From contig CM052817.1 in assembly GCA_028534125.1 (NCBI GenBank), positions 71,674,001 to 71,738,000 of the forward strand: a stretch of 64,000 bases of DNA, written 5' to 3'. The notes beneath the pieces are model-generated. The model made no database searches. It saw only the letters and a program-made list of their open reading frames with translations, and had not been told where the DNA came from. Both the position numbers and the translations under genes were made by a program. Source of the stretch: Lama glama (Eukaryota). Below are positions 48,535 through 62,151 of this stretch, in pieces; position 1 is the stretch's first letter, and every line of letters starts with the position of its first letter.

Positions 48535-51500
48535 AAAAGATTATAGTTGATTTTCAACAGTGTATTAGTTTCAGGTATATAACACACTGATTGAATATTT
48601 TTATAGATTATACTTCATTTAAAGTTATTATTAAATATTGGCTATATTCTGTGTGTTGTGCAATATTTCCTTGTAGTTTATTTATTTATTTTATAAATAG
48701 TAGCTTGTATATCTTAATCCCCCACTCTTATCTAGTCCCTCTCCCTTTCCTCTCCCCACTAGTTTGTTCTCTGTATCTGTGAGTCTGTTTCTGTTTTGTT
48801 ATATTCAATTGTTTGTTTATTTTTTAGATTCCATATTATAAGTGATAGCATACAATATTTTTGTCTTTCTCTGTTTGACTTAACATCACTAAGCATAATA
48901 ACCTCCAGGTCTAACTATATTGTTGAAAATGAGTTTCATTCTTTTTTATGTAAAGAATTCCATTCCATAACATATATATGTAACATCGTCTTTATCCACT
49001 CATCCATTGATGTGCATTTAGGTTGCTTCCACATATTGGCTATTGTAAATAATGCTGTTATGAATATTGGTGTGCATATATCTTTTTGAATTAGTATTTT
49101 CATTTTCTTTGGATAGACACCCAGAAGTAGAATTGCTGAAGCATATGGTAGGTAGTTCTATTTTTAGTTGTTTGAAGAACCTCCATACTATTTTCTATAG
49201 TGGCTGTACCAATTTACATCCCACCAACAGTGCACAAGGGCTCCCCTTTCTCCACATCTTCGCCAACATTTGTGATTTGTGGTCTTTTTGATGATAGCCA
49301 TTCTGACAGCTGTGAGGTTATATCTCATTGTGATTTGATTTGCATTTCTCTGATGATTAGTGATATTGAACACATTTCATGTGCCTGTTGGCCATCTGGT
49401 ATGTCTTCTTTGGAAAAATGTCCGTTAAGATCCTCTGCCCATTTTTGAATTGGGTTATTTGTTTGTTTGTTTTTTGTTTTGGTACTGAGTTGGGTATCAA
49501 CCCCTTATTGGTCATATCATTTACTAATATTTTCTTCTATTCAGTAGTTGTGTTTTTGTCTTTTTATGATTTTCTTTGCTGTGCAAAAGTTTTTAAGTTT
49601 AACTAGGTCCCATTTGTTTATTTTTGCTTTTATTTCCTTTGCCTTAGGAGCAGATAGAAAAAAATACTGCTACAATTTATGTCAAAGAATGTTTTGCTAT
49701 GTTTTCTTTTAGTAGTTTTATGGTTTCTGGTCTTACATTTAGGTGTTTAATCCATTTTGAGTTTATTTCTGTATATGGTGTGAGAAAATGTTCCCATTTC
49801 ATTCTTTTACATGTCCAGTTTTCCCAGCACCATTTATTGAAGAGATTGTTCTTTCCCTTGTGTATTCTTGCCTTCTTTATTGTAGATTGACTGTAAGTGT
49901 GTGGGCTTATTTTTGTGCTCTCTCTTCTGTTCCATGATCTATATGTATGTTTTTGGGCCAATACCATGCTGTTTTGATTGCTGTAGCTCTGTAGTCTGAA
50001 GTTTGGGAGGGTTATGCCTCCAGCTTCAGTCTTTTTCTTCAGGCTTGCTTTAGCAATTCTGGGTCTTTGAGGATTCCATATAAATTTTAGGATAATTTGT
50101 TCTAGTTTTGTGAAAAATGTCCTGGGTAATTTGATAGGGATTGCACTAAATCTGTAGATTGCTTTGAGTAGTATGGCAATTTTAACAATATTAACTCTTC
50201 CAATCCAAGGGCATGGGATATAATTCCACTTACTTAAATCATCTTTAATGTCCTTAACCAATGTTTTCTAGTTCTCTGCATATAAGTCTTTCACCTCCTT
50301 GGTCAGGTTCATTCCTAAGTATTTTATTTTTTTGAAGCAATTTTAAAAGGTTTTTTTTTACTTTCTTCTTCTGATATTTCATTATTAGTGCAAACAAATG
50401 CAACAGGCTTCTGTATGTTACTCTTGAATTCTGCTATTTTGCTGAATTTGTTTATTAGCTATAGTAGTTTTTGTGTGGAGTCTTTAGGTTTTCTTTAAAT
50501 AATATGTCACCTGCATTTAGTGACCGTTTTACCTTTTCCCTTTCAATTTGAATCCTCTTTCTTTCTTTCTTTCTTTTTTTTTTTTTGGTCTGGCCGTTAT
50601 GACTAGGACTGTCAATGCTATGTTAAATAGAAGTTGTGAGAGTGGCATCTTTGTATTGTTTCAGATTTTAGCAGGAAGGCTGTCAACTTTTCACTGTTGA
50701 ATATTATGTTGGCTGTGCGTTTGTCATAACAGCTTTTAATATGTTGAGGTATGTTCCCTTTATACCCACTTTGGTAAGAGTTTTTTATCATGAATGGATG
50801 TTGAATTTTATCAAATAATTTTTTTGCATCTATTGAGATAATCATGTGATTTTGTCCTTTCTTTTGTTGATGTGGGATATCATCTCAGCAAATGAGTTTT
50901 CTGATTTTAATTGTTTCCTCTTTATAGTTCCTAGTTCCTTTTTACAGTCTTCCACATTTCTACTGATAGTCTTTCTTAGTTTGTTCAGTATTTTTATTAT
51001 TTCCTTTTGAACTTGAGAGCTGGGAGACTGGAGAGGTCTATTTCATTATTTGTCCTTTCAGGGAATTTCTCTTGTTCTTTTAATTGGGAGTGGTTCCTCT
51101 GCTTTTTCATTTAACTTGTATTTCTCTGATTCTATGAATTTAAGAGTAACAGTTATCTGCTCTGGTCTTGAAGGGCTGTTTTTGTGTGGGAGTGTCCTGT
51201 GTAGCCTGCATGCTTCTAGTGTTTTTGTTGTGAGGGCTGTTTTTAGTATAGATGGCTTCCTCACCTTTCCTCCCTGTGTGCCAGCCGTTACCCCCTGGAT
51301 AGAGGGTGTGATTCGTATTGTGGTGACCAGAGTGGGGTCTACTCTTCGCTCTGTGGTTGTCAAGCCCTCTTGGGGGCTGGGTCTGCTCCCCGCTTGTTGG
51401 AGTAGAAGTCCCCTGATCCACTTCTGAGCTGCTGTGTGAGGTAGGCATGACTGGAGCACTTCCACTGGGAGAGGAGCCACTGAGTATTTCTCTGCAATGT

Positions 51501-52612
51501 CCACCAAGAAGTGCCCTCCGTGGTGTCACCTGTCATCTGTCGTGCAGGCTCCCAGTGTACACTTTTGTTGGCTCTGCCCTCAGCCCCACATCAGCCGTGG
51601 GAATGCAAGCAGTCTGCCCTGGTGCCCGTTAGGCGCTGCACTAACCTAGGGCAGATCCATTGAAGTTGGTCACCAGGACCCGCTGTAGTTATGTGTAGCT
51701 GTGCACCTGGATCCACCATGGGCTAAAGGGTCAGTCCAAATACCAGCCTCACCTTCATGTGTGCATGCTCTCTGTTAACGCTGGACCTGGCTCAGCTGTG
51801 CACCAGCTCTCAGGGGGGCAAAGCTGCCTAAGCTCCCTGGGACAAGGCTTAGAACTCAGCTTCACCTCCGAAGTCTCATGGCCCCTTGTACTGGGCTCAG
51901 ACCTCGGCCCTGCCTCCACCTGGGGGCAACCCACCAGTGACTGCACCTTTCTAAATTCCCACAGGCAGAGCCATCCTGATCGAGAACAGAAGAGGACCAA
52001 TATGGCAGGGCCCCGCCCCTTCTTTTGCACGTGCTAACAATGGGGCTTTTTATGGTGGACCTGGGCTTCCTTGCACATACTCCCAATCAGCTCGACCCAC
52101 ACTCCAGCCCCTTCAGGCTGTCTCTGTGCAGCCAACCCTTGTCTTCCCAGTCCTCTCCCTGGATCTGTCCTCTGGAGCCCGACCTTCAGGGCCCAGCCCC
52201 CACACATACCAGCAGGCTTGTGTCTTGGGCTGGGGAGGGCAGCAGGTGGCCTGCATCCCGCTCACCCGTCTCTCCCTGTTTGGCTTGCAGTGAACCAGCA
52301 GCTGTGCTCTCCTCCAAGCCTTTGAAGTTCCCTTTTTGTCCCAGCTGATCTCTCCACTGGTAATGGGCTCCCTAGGGTGAGGGAACTTTTCCTCTTTCAC
52401 TGCTGCCTCCTGGGGCACAGGTCACATACCGATTCTTCTTTTTTTCCTACCCAGTTATGTGGAGATTTTTCTTGTAGCTTTGCTAGTATAAGATCTTCTG
52501 ACAGATCAGTGGGTTTTTTGTGAGAACTGTTCCACATGTAGATGTATTCTTGATGTTTTTGTGGAAGAAGGTGAGCTCCATGTCCCTCTCCACCATCTTG
52601 AAGCCCCTCCCC
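48535..52612 (-). mobile_element. Internally deleted L1 (5' UTR and ORF1 start joined to ORF2 C-terminal half and 3' UTR), antisense in ENPEP intron 1
   Basis: ORF2p peptides MIISIDAKKLFDKIQHPFMIK, IPCPWIGRVNIVKIAILLKAIYRFSAIPIKLP and NLFNKWCWENW. The 3' UTR lies at about 48535-49100. A GC-rich 5' UTR at about 51150-52612 begins (minus strand) ggggaggggcttcaagatggtgg. Confidence 0.92.
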
Positions 52613-53880
52613 TAGTCTTTCTTTGTCTTTGATAACCTTGTTACTTTTGAAGAGTACAGGCTAGCTATTTTGAGAATGTCCCTCAATTTTAGTTTGTCTG
52701 ACTTTCCTCACAATTTAAAAACACAAGTTAAGCATTTTTATCAGGAACTTCACAAGAGATGCAGTGCCTCTCTCAGGAAATCACATCATGTCGGTTTGTA
52801 CAATTATTAGTGATACCGTATTTGAGCACTTGCTTACAGTGGTATCTAATGGTTTTCTCCATTGTAAAGTTACAGTTTTTTTCTCTGTAAGTAATTTTCA
52901 GAGAAAGTTTCTGCAACTATTCAGATATCCCTTTCCTCATCACACCTTTGCCCCTTTGTTTTGACATCCACTGATGACTTTCTAAAGCCACCATTCATTC
53001 TAAATTTACTAGTAGGCAGTCTATTGTAAAGAAGAGCTTTCCCTCTCTCCTATCTACCTATTCATAATTTCCATCGTGGATTCTTAATTTATTCAGTAGG
53101 TTATAATCACATTACCTATTTTGATGTTCCCATTTCCTCTACTCTAGCCAGTGGAAGTCCACTCAAACTGGCTTTATGTCCTTTTGACTTATTCCTATAA
53201 TTCTTTGAGAACTTACTTATTTTTTGTCAAAGCAAGATGTTCCAGGATCATCTTGTATCTTCCTGAACCAGCACTGGAATCAGCTGTTTTTATAAAAAGT
53301 TCTGGTTTCTTTTAGTGGAGAGTGGTATGTAGTAGGAACTATAGTTGTGCTCATTGCTACAAGCATGTCATTTCCTTTTAGTCCTGCTAAGCAGAAAGAA
53401 CTAGAAAAGACATGTCTCTGTGCGTATTTTTATATCCATTTATATATATATACTTATGAAAAAGTGAGTTTATACTGAACCTGCAATTACAATTCAATAA
53501 CAAGTTCTAGTCTTCCCTTTTTACAAATTTATAACTATTCACCAACAGTGAGAAACCTGCCTTGCACTATCCTCATTTTTTTTTTTAATTTGCTCAAGCC
53601 TAGGATACCAAAAAGGTTGTTTCTAAATTGCTAACCCATTCCACTGCGACAATACAAACCTACTTATTGGAGCTCAATATTCATTTACAGTTACTTTTAG
53701 GTAAAATTTAAATACATTAAATGCACAAGATCTAATGGGAACAATTCGATAAATTTTGACAAATGCACACATTGTTGTTACCCACACTCATAATAAGGTA
53801 CAAATATTTACAGTCGTCCCAGAAAGTCCTCTCACTCAGCCAACAGTGTCCCAAAAGAAAGCCACTTTTATGGTTTTATT
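52613..53880 (-). mobile_element. Ancient L1 (L1MB/MC/MD-like) 3' UTR relics
   Basis: ttttgaagagtacaggctagctattttgagaatgtccctcaattt...aagatgttccaggatcatcttgtatcttcctgaaccagcactggaatcagc. Confidence 0.65.
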
Positions 53881-54089
53881 TTTTAATGGAGGCACTGGGG
53901 AATGGTTTTATTTTTTAAAGATTAGCTTTCTTGGCTAAGTATTTAACAATTAATTTTTGTAAACAGCGGATTCTTAAAAGAAATTTTAGAATATTTTAAT
54001 TTCTTGTAGATGGATGTTGACCTATGGTATATTCTGTTTTAGATAAATTAATGAATATAATACATCTTGAACCCAAATGAAATGCAGGC

Positions 54090-54482
54090 TCTTAACACAG
54101 CCTCTACTGACCACCCCCTACCCCCCAGTCTGGCTCACTATACTTCAGCCACACTGGACATCTTTCAGGTCCTCAACCACATCAAATTATTTTCCACTTT
54201 GGAGGCTGTGAATTAGTTGTTTCCTCTGCTAGAACACATTTTGCTTAATCTCCAATTATCTCACCATTTCTCATCATTCAAATCTTAGCAAACCATCACC
54301 TACTCCAAGAGATTGTTCCTAACTACTCTGTCTAATGTTGCTCATCACTTTTCCTGAGTGATTCTCTGTCACTTCCCCTGCTTTATTTTCTACATAGCTC
54401 TTATCACTCTATTTATGAACTTACTTATTCATTCTTCGTTATTCCCTCAGCACTTAGAATAATGTGTGGTAAATGTATGTGT

Positions 54483-54527
<45 letters not shown>

Positions 54528-54565
54528 GGAAGGGGTTCGATAAATATTTATTGGATGAATGAAAA
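54090..54565 (+). mobile_element. L2 LINE 3' relic with embedded (TG)n
   Basis: ctcactatacttcagccacactggac...taaatatttattggatgaatgaa; (TG)n at about 54488-54525. Confidence 0.7.
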
Positions 54566-55497
54566 TGTCATAATTTCAATTGTTACTCTTTATTAAATAT
54601 CTTCCTTAGTCTCTGAGAATCCGGAAGGACAAAATATTTTTCTTACACAGATTATTAATGAATATAAATCAGTATTTCCTTACTTTTTCTTTCTTTTATA
54701 CTTTTTACTTTGCTTACTCTTCTAATGAGCAAATGTATAATATCTTACTGTGATATAACTACATGTAAAAAGTATATATTCATTGGGGGTTTCTGGAGCA
54801 ATTACTCAGAAAAAAATATTTCTACTTTGAAGTGATGGAAACATTAAACATTAACAATTTAGCTTACAAAAGCATGTATCTAGTTAGAGCCATAAAAGAA
54901 TACTGTCTCTTTCCAAATGTGGGCTTTAAACCTGGCCAAAGGTTGCTTCACTGGGAGACTGCTCAAGGCACTGCCTTTCATGGAAATGAAACTGGATTTT
55001 TTCCCCTGGGGTAACACAAGTAAGAAAAAATGTGCCATTAGGGACAGCTCCTGTGGGACAGGAGCTGTGGACTCTGGAATATACTCCTTTGCTCTGAGAC
55101 AGAACACAGCTGTTCACACTTACAAGGACAGTTACAAGCAAGCCATTGAGTTTGGCTTTGTGTTCATCTACTTGTTGTTTGATGGCTTGGGGTGGAAAGA
55201 GTGATCATTCATAACCGGATTAATTTTTGCTCATTTAGAGTTCACAGATTTTAGTTATGGCCTCAAAATATCTTTTCATATAAAACATCTGAAGCGGTTT
55301 CTGGATTTTCACTTATTTGTTAACCTGAAAATCCCAGGAAAAACTTTGACAACTCTTTGATAGTTTTCTGGATGGAAACTAATTTTAAGAAATGCAGTAG
55401 TTACAATTACAAAATTGATTCTTCTCTATAGAATTAGAAACATAAGGGCTGTCAGAAGAGGCAACATATATTTTGTTTGTTTGTGTTTGTTTCCAAG

Positions 55498-55639
55498 GAG
55501 CATAGCAGCCACTGATCATGAACCAACAGATGCCAGGAAATCCTTTCCTTGTTTTGATGAGCCCAACAAAAAGGCAACTTACACAGTGTCTATCATCCAC
55601 CTCAAAGAGTATAAGGCACTTTCAAATATGCCAGTGGAG
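55498..55639 (+). CDS. ENPEP: ENPEP coding exon 2 (142 nt)
   Basis: Acceptor ttgtttccaag|G completes the Lys codon from exon 1. Translates (K)[47 protein letters not shown], including the M1 motif [11 protein letters not shown]. Donor GAG|GTGAGT at 55640. Confidence 0.97.
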
Positions 55640-57642
55640 GTGAGTATTTTTGTTTTATTTATGCAGCTAGGCTGTTTACAATATCAGATAAATTAACTGA
55701 TTTGTTGTGAGAGAACCCACTGAAGTCTCAAATTAAATATGCTCTACTAGCTTATTTAGAGGCTTGAAAATACACTTGGTCAATCTCTTTTCTTTGAGCA
55801 CTAGAAGTCTTTAACCTAAGATATCACAGTCCAGTCAAAAACACCACATTGGGCTTTCTAAGCAAGAATGAATACAGTAGACATACATCAGCTGGGCTCT
55901 GCTTAAGTGAGAGAATCTCCTAGTCATGACAAATCAAAAGCAAACTAGTGGAATTACAGACATAAAAATACTTTTGTTTTCAGTTGAATATACACCCAGT
56001 TTTCAAGATAGAGCTACTGCAAAAAATCATCACTTAAATCTTGAAGTATAGACATCAGCTCCAGGGAGCACCATACCCATAGGTATTCCAGCGAACAAGA
56101 AGTACTCATTAAATGTTAAAAAAAATAGGCCACAATAAGTTCTGTTTGAATAATTATTAACATGACTCTTTCCTCTGTTACTGCTCCTCCACCCCATAAT
56201 GGGCAACACAGTTAACTAGAGTGTCATTACTTCAAGGTTGAGGTTTATTATACCTTATATCTTTGACATGTAAAAGGATCAAGCTCACCCTTAGATATAA
56301 TTATCACCTACCTGATACCAGAAAAGCACTGTGCCTACGTTATATCTTGCATCTTTCTGTCCCACTATCTGAAATATCATCATTGAAATTCATCTGTTTT
56401 AATTACAGATATCCCTTGAAAAAGCAAACAAAAGCTTTAAGAGTGTCAAAAAGTAAACCATCACCAGCCATCCATGCCTCAGCATCAGTCAGGTTATCAA
56501 CTTTTCTTCTAGTGTCAGACACCTGGACAATTGAGTTTTGATTGGAGAAGAGGAAAAGATGAACTTAAAGTATGACATACTAATGCAGAAGCCTGGATCA
56601 GAGTAAAATGCCATCAGAATCTTTTGGGATGGAAGGGAGAAAATGAAGGTTGGAGGAGAAAAAGTGCAAACTTTACTAACCTCTGCTTAAGATTTCCCTA
56701 CATGACATTTTCATTCTGCAGAGTATACTCCTTCACCTTCACCTAGTTCCAGAAAATAGTCCTGGAAGAGGGTGAATATTCTGGGTCCTTAGGAGATTAA
56801 AACTACTAGGTTTGTATTGTAGAGTAACTTTGCTGGGGTTCCAATACTACTCTACAAGCACATGCATATAACATGCTTGCTTTGTCAATGATGCATTAAG
56901 TTCCGGTCCAGCCTCCTTCTCTTAATTCTTTTTTAAAGCTTCCCACTGCAGTGTGACTTACTGTGTGGCTGCAGGGCATATGGAAATGTTTAAACAATGG
57001 GTAGCAGGAATTAGGCAAGTATTCATGGATGAAGTATTTAGATCTGGTGACTGGCATTGAGGAAAGCAAAGTTGGCATAGATAGAAAACCAGACAGGTGG
57101 GGTTGGTAGTTGATTCAAGTAATAAAATCCTTCTCTCTATCCATAGCAGTGACTTTATGGATCTCTGATGGAGACCACCAGACTTGGAAAAGACAATCAG
57201 ACATCCTGCTATGCCTGGTACAGCCATTGCTCTCCTGCACATAGTCAGTCAGCAGATACCTGCTTAGTTCTTCCTGTGTGCAAGGAACTGAGCACTAGCC
57301 TATTCTTCATTAAGAGGTCATGGTATCCGCTCAAATATTATGGTCAGGATTGTGTGTTTAATGTAGAAAGAGAAATAAACTCCTGTCCAGTTTATATCAC
57401 AAAGTTGTATTTCTCTTTGAGAAGCTTAGTCCAGTATATAGTTCTGTCACTCTGTCACAGCACTAAAAATAAAATGCATTTTTCTTTAGTTTTTTAAACA
57501 TCACCATTTTGGGGTAAAATTGCTTTTTACCCATAAGCTTTGACAAAAGACGTCTGACTAGAATGCCAGATTTGGAGCAACTATTTGTCTTGTGCATGAT
57601 TGGTCTTTTTATAAATAAAAGATTATCCCTTGTTTTCGATAG

Positions 57643-57774
57643 AAAGAAGAGTCGGTGGATGATAAATGGAATCGAACAACTTTCCAGAAGTCTGTCCCCA
57701 TGAGCACTTACTTGGTGTGCTTTGCTGTACATCAGTTTGACTCCGTAACAAGAGTGTCAAAAAGGGGAATACCT
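57643..57774 (+). CDS. ENPEP: ENPEP coding exon 3 (132 nt)
   Basis: Acceptor ttttcgatag|AAA, phase 0. Translates KEESVDDKWNRTTFQKSVPMSTYLVCFAVHQFDSVTRVSKRGIP, including the M1 motif PMSTYL. Donor CCT|GTGAGT at 57775. No further exon was recognised before the window end. Confidence 0.97.
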
Positions 57775-60004
57775 GTGAGTACCACTGTATTTTTTAAACT
57801 TTACCACCTATGCATTTGTGATTTTCTACTTTTTTTGAATAGTTTTTTTTCACACAACAGACTAGAAAAGCCCATTGGTCACCAGGATCTGTGATCCTAA
57901 TGATACACTGGACAATATAGAAAAACGCAAGCCAAAAGGGCCCAGGTGGAAAATGAAACAACAAAATAGCCGTAGAAACACATAGCCTTGAATTATTTTA
58001 AGGGGAAAATTCACTATAAATCCAAAGCTAGCTCCTAAGTATATCAGCACAAACGTATTAAACATTTCAGTATGCCCAATTTAGTAAAACGGTTGGGTGT
58101 ATATGTTTGGGGTCCCAGATGGAGACCAGAGGGAGAATAAGAAACCAGAGGTAGAAAAATATTCAAGTAACTAAGCACTGAAATGTCTGTGGTGCCATTC
58201 TGATATGTAATTCTAAATAGTGTGTCAAAAAGCGTTTTTTAAAAGTATGAGAAGATATAAATAAGCTTTTTAAAAGTCAAGATGATGAACTTAATAATTT
58301 TCTTCGGAAAAGCTAAATACTTTTACTTAATTATTTTCCTCAGTTTGGAGGCCCCTATTTTGCTCAGGCCCTGAACACTTGCTAGGCTGTCTAATGGTTA
58401 GTCCACCTCTGTGCTACATATTATATACATAAAACAAAATGCTATATAATTCTATAAGAAAGAAATCATCATTCTCACTTTACAGAGGAGAAAACTGAAA
58501 CAATGAGCTTAGGTAATTTGCTCAAGATCACCCAAGTGGCAACTGGTGGAATCTCAAATTCCAAATTCTTTTCAAACAATGTACCCTGCTCCACCTTCTG
58601 AAATGTGATATTCTGAAAAATATCTTTACCTCTTCACCAGTCACTGGAGGGAAGAGATGCTCCTCCCTCTACCCCATATACAGAAGACAGACAACCAGAG
58701 TTTTGCCTCCTGCAAAAGCCTGTAGAGCTCTTTCCTTCAAAAGTTGAACAGGATCTTACAGGAAGACTTTAAGGCAGTTAGTGTGAATGTCAATTCAAGA
58801 TAAATTTCACCTCTTTGGCATTTGAGAGGCTGCCTGACTGGCTCCCTACCCACTCACTCTAAGTTGGAATCTAGCACTTAACACCCAAGTACAAATGTTC
58901 CAGTACAATTTCCTACTCCAGAAAACCACCCTACTTAAATCCACTTAAATGTAACATCAGCAGGAACCCACACCAGCCTCACAGTACTACATTCTTAGAG
59001 CTGAAAAGACAACATAAGACAAACAGGCATTTGAGGAAAATAAGCAACATAAAAGAGAAAATCCAAGACAAACAAACAGAAAAGCACAGTGTGAGTAAAT
59101 AGTAACAGCTAGGGAAACCAAAAAAAGCCATAAACAATTAGACATTCTCACACATAAATCCTTTAATTATTACACTCAGAGATTCAAGAAGATACGATCA
59201 TCATAAGAACAGAACAGAAAGCTATGGGAAAACAATCAGAAATAGCAGAAAAAGTTTAAAAACATGATTTCCAAAGCATGGCCTCAATCTGACCCCCAGG
59301 AACCTGTTGCTAATTCCTTCTAAAACTAGAGCTCAATAAACTGATAGCTTTAGTTCCTACACACTGCTTTGTACTTTCACTAACTCCACAGAGATGCTTA
59401 TATTGTTTGAAGCCCTCATATGTCTTGTGGGTTTTCCACTTTTATATCGCATCTGTCATTTCTGTAAGTTAGGAACAATGCGGGTATATCAAAGCATCAA
59501 TTTACTACATGATCTAGAGCCAAAGTGTCTATATTACTTTTTCAGTAAAAAAAAAAAAAAAGAAAGAAAGAAAGAAAAGAAACTAGTTAGTTTTTGTGTA
59601 ATATATTTTTAGTAGAAATTTCATGACTCAAAAGACCATTCTTATCTACTCTGCTTCTGTCAGTATTATTCTGGTACATTTATCACCTGCTATTCATAAT
59701 GAGATTATACTGTGCAATTCAAGAAAATAATATCCTGATTACACTCACCATTCTGGCAAGAATCTCTTTATATCAGTAAATATTGAATTGAGGCCTATGT
59801 TCTTCTTAATTTTTTACCTGTAGTAGTAGATATTAGTACCTGAACCATTCACTATGCTTAAAATGTCCTTGATGCTCATGAGAAAATTCAGATTAGAGGA
59901 CCTAATCCTAAAAAACTGTTAGGAAAAAAGATAACCAGGTTTGGAAGGTAGCTCAAAAGACTTAACTCTGCATATTTTCTTTTCTGAATGTTAGTTGCCT
60001 TACA

Positions 60005-60465
60005 TTTTTTATTGAGGTATAGTTGGTTTACAATATTATATAAGGTTCAAGTGTATGACACAGTGATTCACAATTTTTAAAGGTTATACTCCATTGACAG
60101 TTATTATAAAATATTTGGCTATATTCCCTGTGCTGTACAATATATCTTTGTAGCTTATTTATTTTATACATAGTAGTTTGTACCTTCTAATTGCCTACCT
60201 GTATTTTGCCTTTCCCCCTCCCCTCTCCTTACTAGTTTGTTCTCTGTATCTGAGTCTGTTTCTTTTTTATTATATTCACTAGTTTGTTGTATGTTTTAGA
60301 CTCTGAAAATAAGTGACATCATATAGTATTTGTCTTTTTCTGACTTATTTCACTAAGCATAATGCCCTCCAAGTCCATCCATGTTGCAAATGGCAAAATT
60401 TTATTCTTTTTTATGGCTGAGTAGTATTTTATGGCTGAGTATTGTGTGTGTGTGTGTGTGTGTGC

Positions 60466-60529
<64 letters not shown>

Positions 60530-60836
60530 CACATCTTCTTTATCCATTCATGTGTTGATGGACACTTAGGTTGCTTCCATATCTTGGCTATTGTAAATAA
60601 TGCTCCTGTGAACATTGTGTGCATATTTCTTTTTGAATTAATTTTTTCATTTTCTTCGACTATATACCCAGAAATGGAATTGTTGGATCATATAGTAGTT
60701 CTATTTTTAGTTTTTTTGGGAAATTCCATACTGTTTTCCATAGTGGCTGGAGCAATTTACATTCCCACCAACAGTGTACAAAGTTTCCCTTTTCTCCACA
60801 TCCTCACGAACATTTGTTATTTGTGGTCTTCTTGAT
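60005..60836 (-). mobile_element. 5'-truncated L1 (3' UTR plus ORF2 end) containing a (TG)n(TA)n microsatellite
   Basis: attgaggtatagttggtttacaatatt...ggacacttaggttgcttccatatcttggctattgtaaataatgct...cattcccaccaacagtgtaca. Confidence 0.92.
60443..60526. repeat. Compound (TG)n(TA)n microsatellite
   Basis: Directly visible. Confidence 0.95.
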
Positions 60837-62010
60837 GCTAACTTTTCAGAATGAGCTTGATTTTTATAGCATTTTAATAAATTACAAAATTTTTCTTTCT
60901 TTCCTAGAAGGGCTATTTTAAATTAAAGGCTCTTAATCTTCTCTGAAGAAATGTATTTAATTCAAGAAGCCATAGAAGACTGCTAATGATTCTTATTCTT
61001 TATTCAAATTTATAAAAATAATATTAATAAAAAATAAAATAAAATTCTATGAGGTAAGGTAGATTTCTTAAATGTTTGTTTAAAAAAATGATACCATAGT
61101 AATGATAATCACCAAGCATCAAACAACTTAAATTTTGACTTAAATGAGAAGTCAGCTGCAAACAAATGTTTTCTGTAACCTAAGTAATGATCTGGGTTTC
61201 TTCTCAAATAGTACCTTATAGCAGCTGAGCTCTGGAACTCAAAGTTCTGAACACATTTTGAACCTTCAAAGCCACAGCAAAAAAACAGTCCTTAGTCACC
61301 CAAATTTCAAGCCAAAATTTTGTGTATTTGTAATCATCTATGGATAAGAGGCAAACTAAGATTTAGGAAGAATGTATCACATCGTTGTGATAAAGCAGTC
61401 ACAAACAAAACTTGAAAAAAATCCCAAAGTATCACTGTTCCTTTCTGCTAAGTATTCCTCCTCCCCAAATGCCTGCCTACTGCTTGAAGAACATTACAAG
61501 GACATAAACTTATAAAATTAAGTACATTTGATGACATTCAGTAATACTATGTACCTTAAACATGCATTTATAGAATTAAAAACAATATAGAATTCTTTTC
61601 TCTTTTTCATCCTGGCTATGTCAGCATCGATAATAAAATTTAGGGTTCCTCCAATCAGAATGTTTTATCTGTCTTTATTGAGCACCTACTGCGTGCACAA
61701 GGAGTATGCTAAGCCCTGAAGGCAGTAAAATATGCTAAGATAACTACACTCCAACTGAGATGTGCAACAGGGGCAGTCACCTATGTCCTGTGGCATCCAA
61801 GTGTGTTTTCAGTTCTTTGCTGATATATCATCTCTTTGAGTGCCAGAGATCTCACCTTCTGTTTTAGGAGGCCCTGCAAGAGTCTTGGGCCATATAAAGT
61901 GATGTGTCTTTTGGAACAGTTCAGATAAGAGGGACAAACCTCAAGAAATGAACAGATGCTAAGTCTGCTTGATGATCGGCAGTGGAAAGGCAGGCTGTTG
62001 TCGATGGGTA

Positions 62011-62151
62011 GAGTGACCATACATTTTTATCATTTACAAAATATAAATAAGAGAGGTGTTATTTACTATGCTGAGATGAGAGGTGTGAACAGATAATCAG
62101 TAGATTTACCTTCCTGGGATATTCCTGGGTAAACTGGATGTTTGGCCACCT
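62011..62151. mobile_element. MER94-like hAT-Blackjack MITE
   Basis: Termini gagtgaccatacatttttatc ... ctgggatattcctgggtaaactggatgtttggccacct. Confidence 0.6.

Noticed and set aside
51050..52418. Cluster of 90-150 aa ORFs on both strands
   Set aside because: These fall in the GC-rich L1 5' UTR, where stop codons are scarce.
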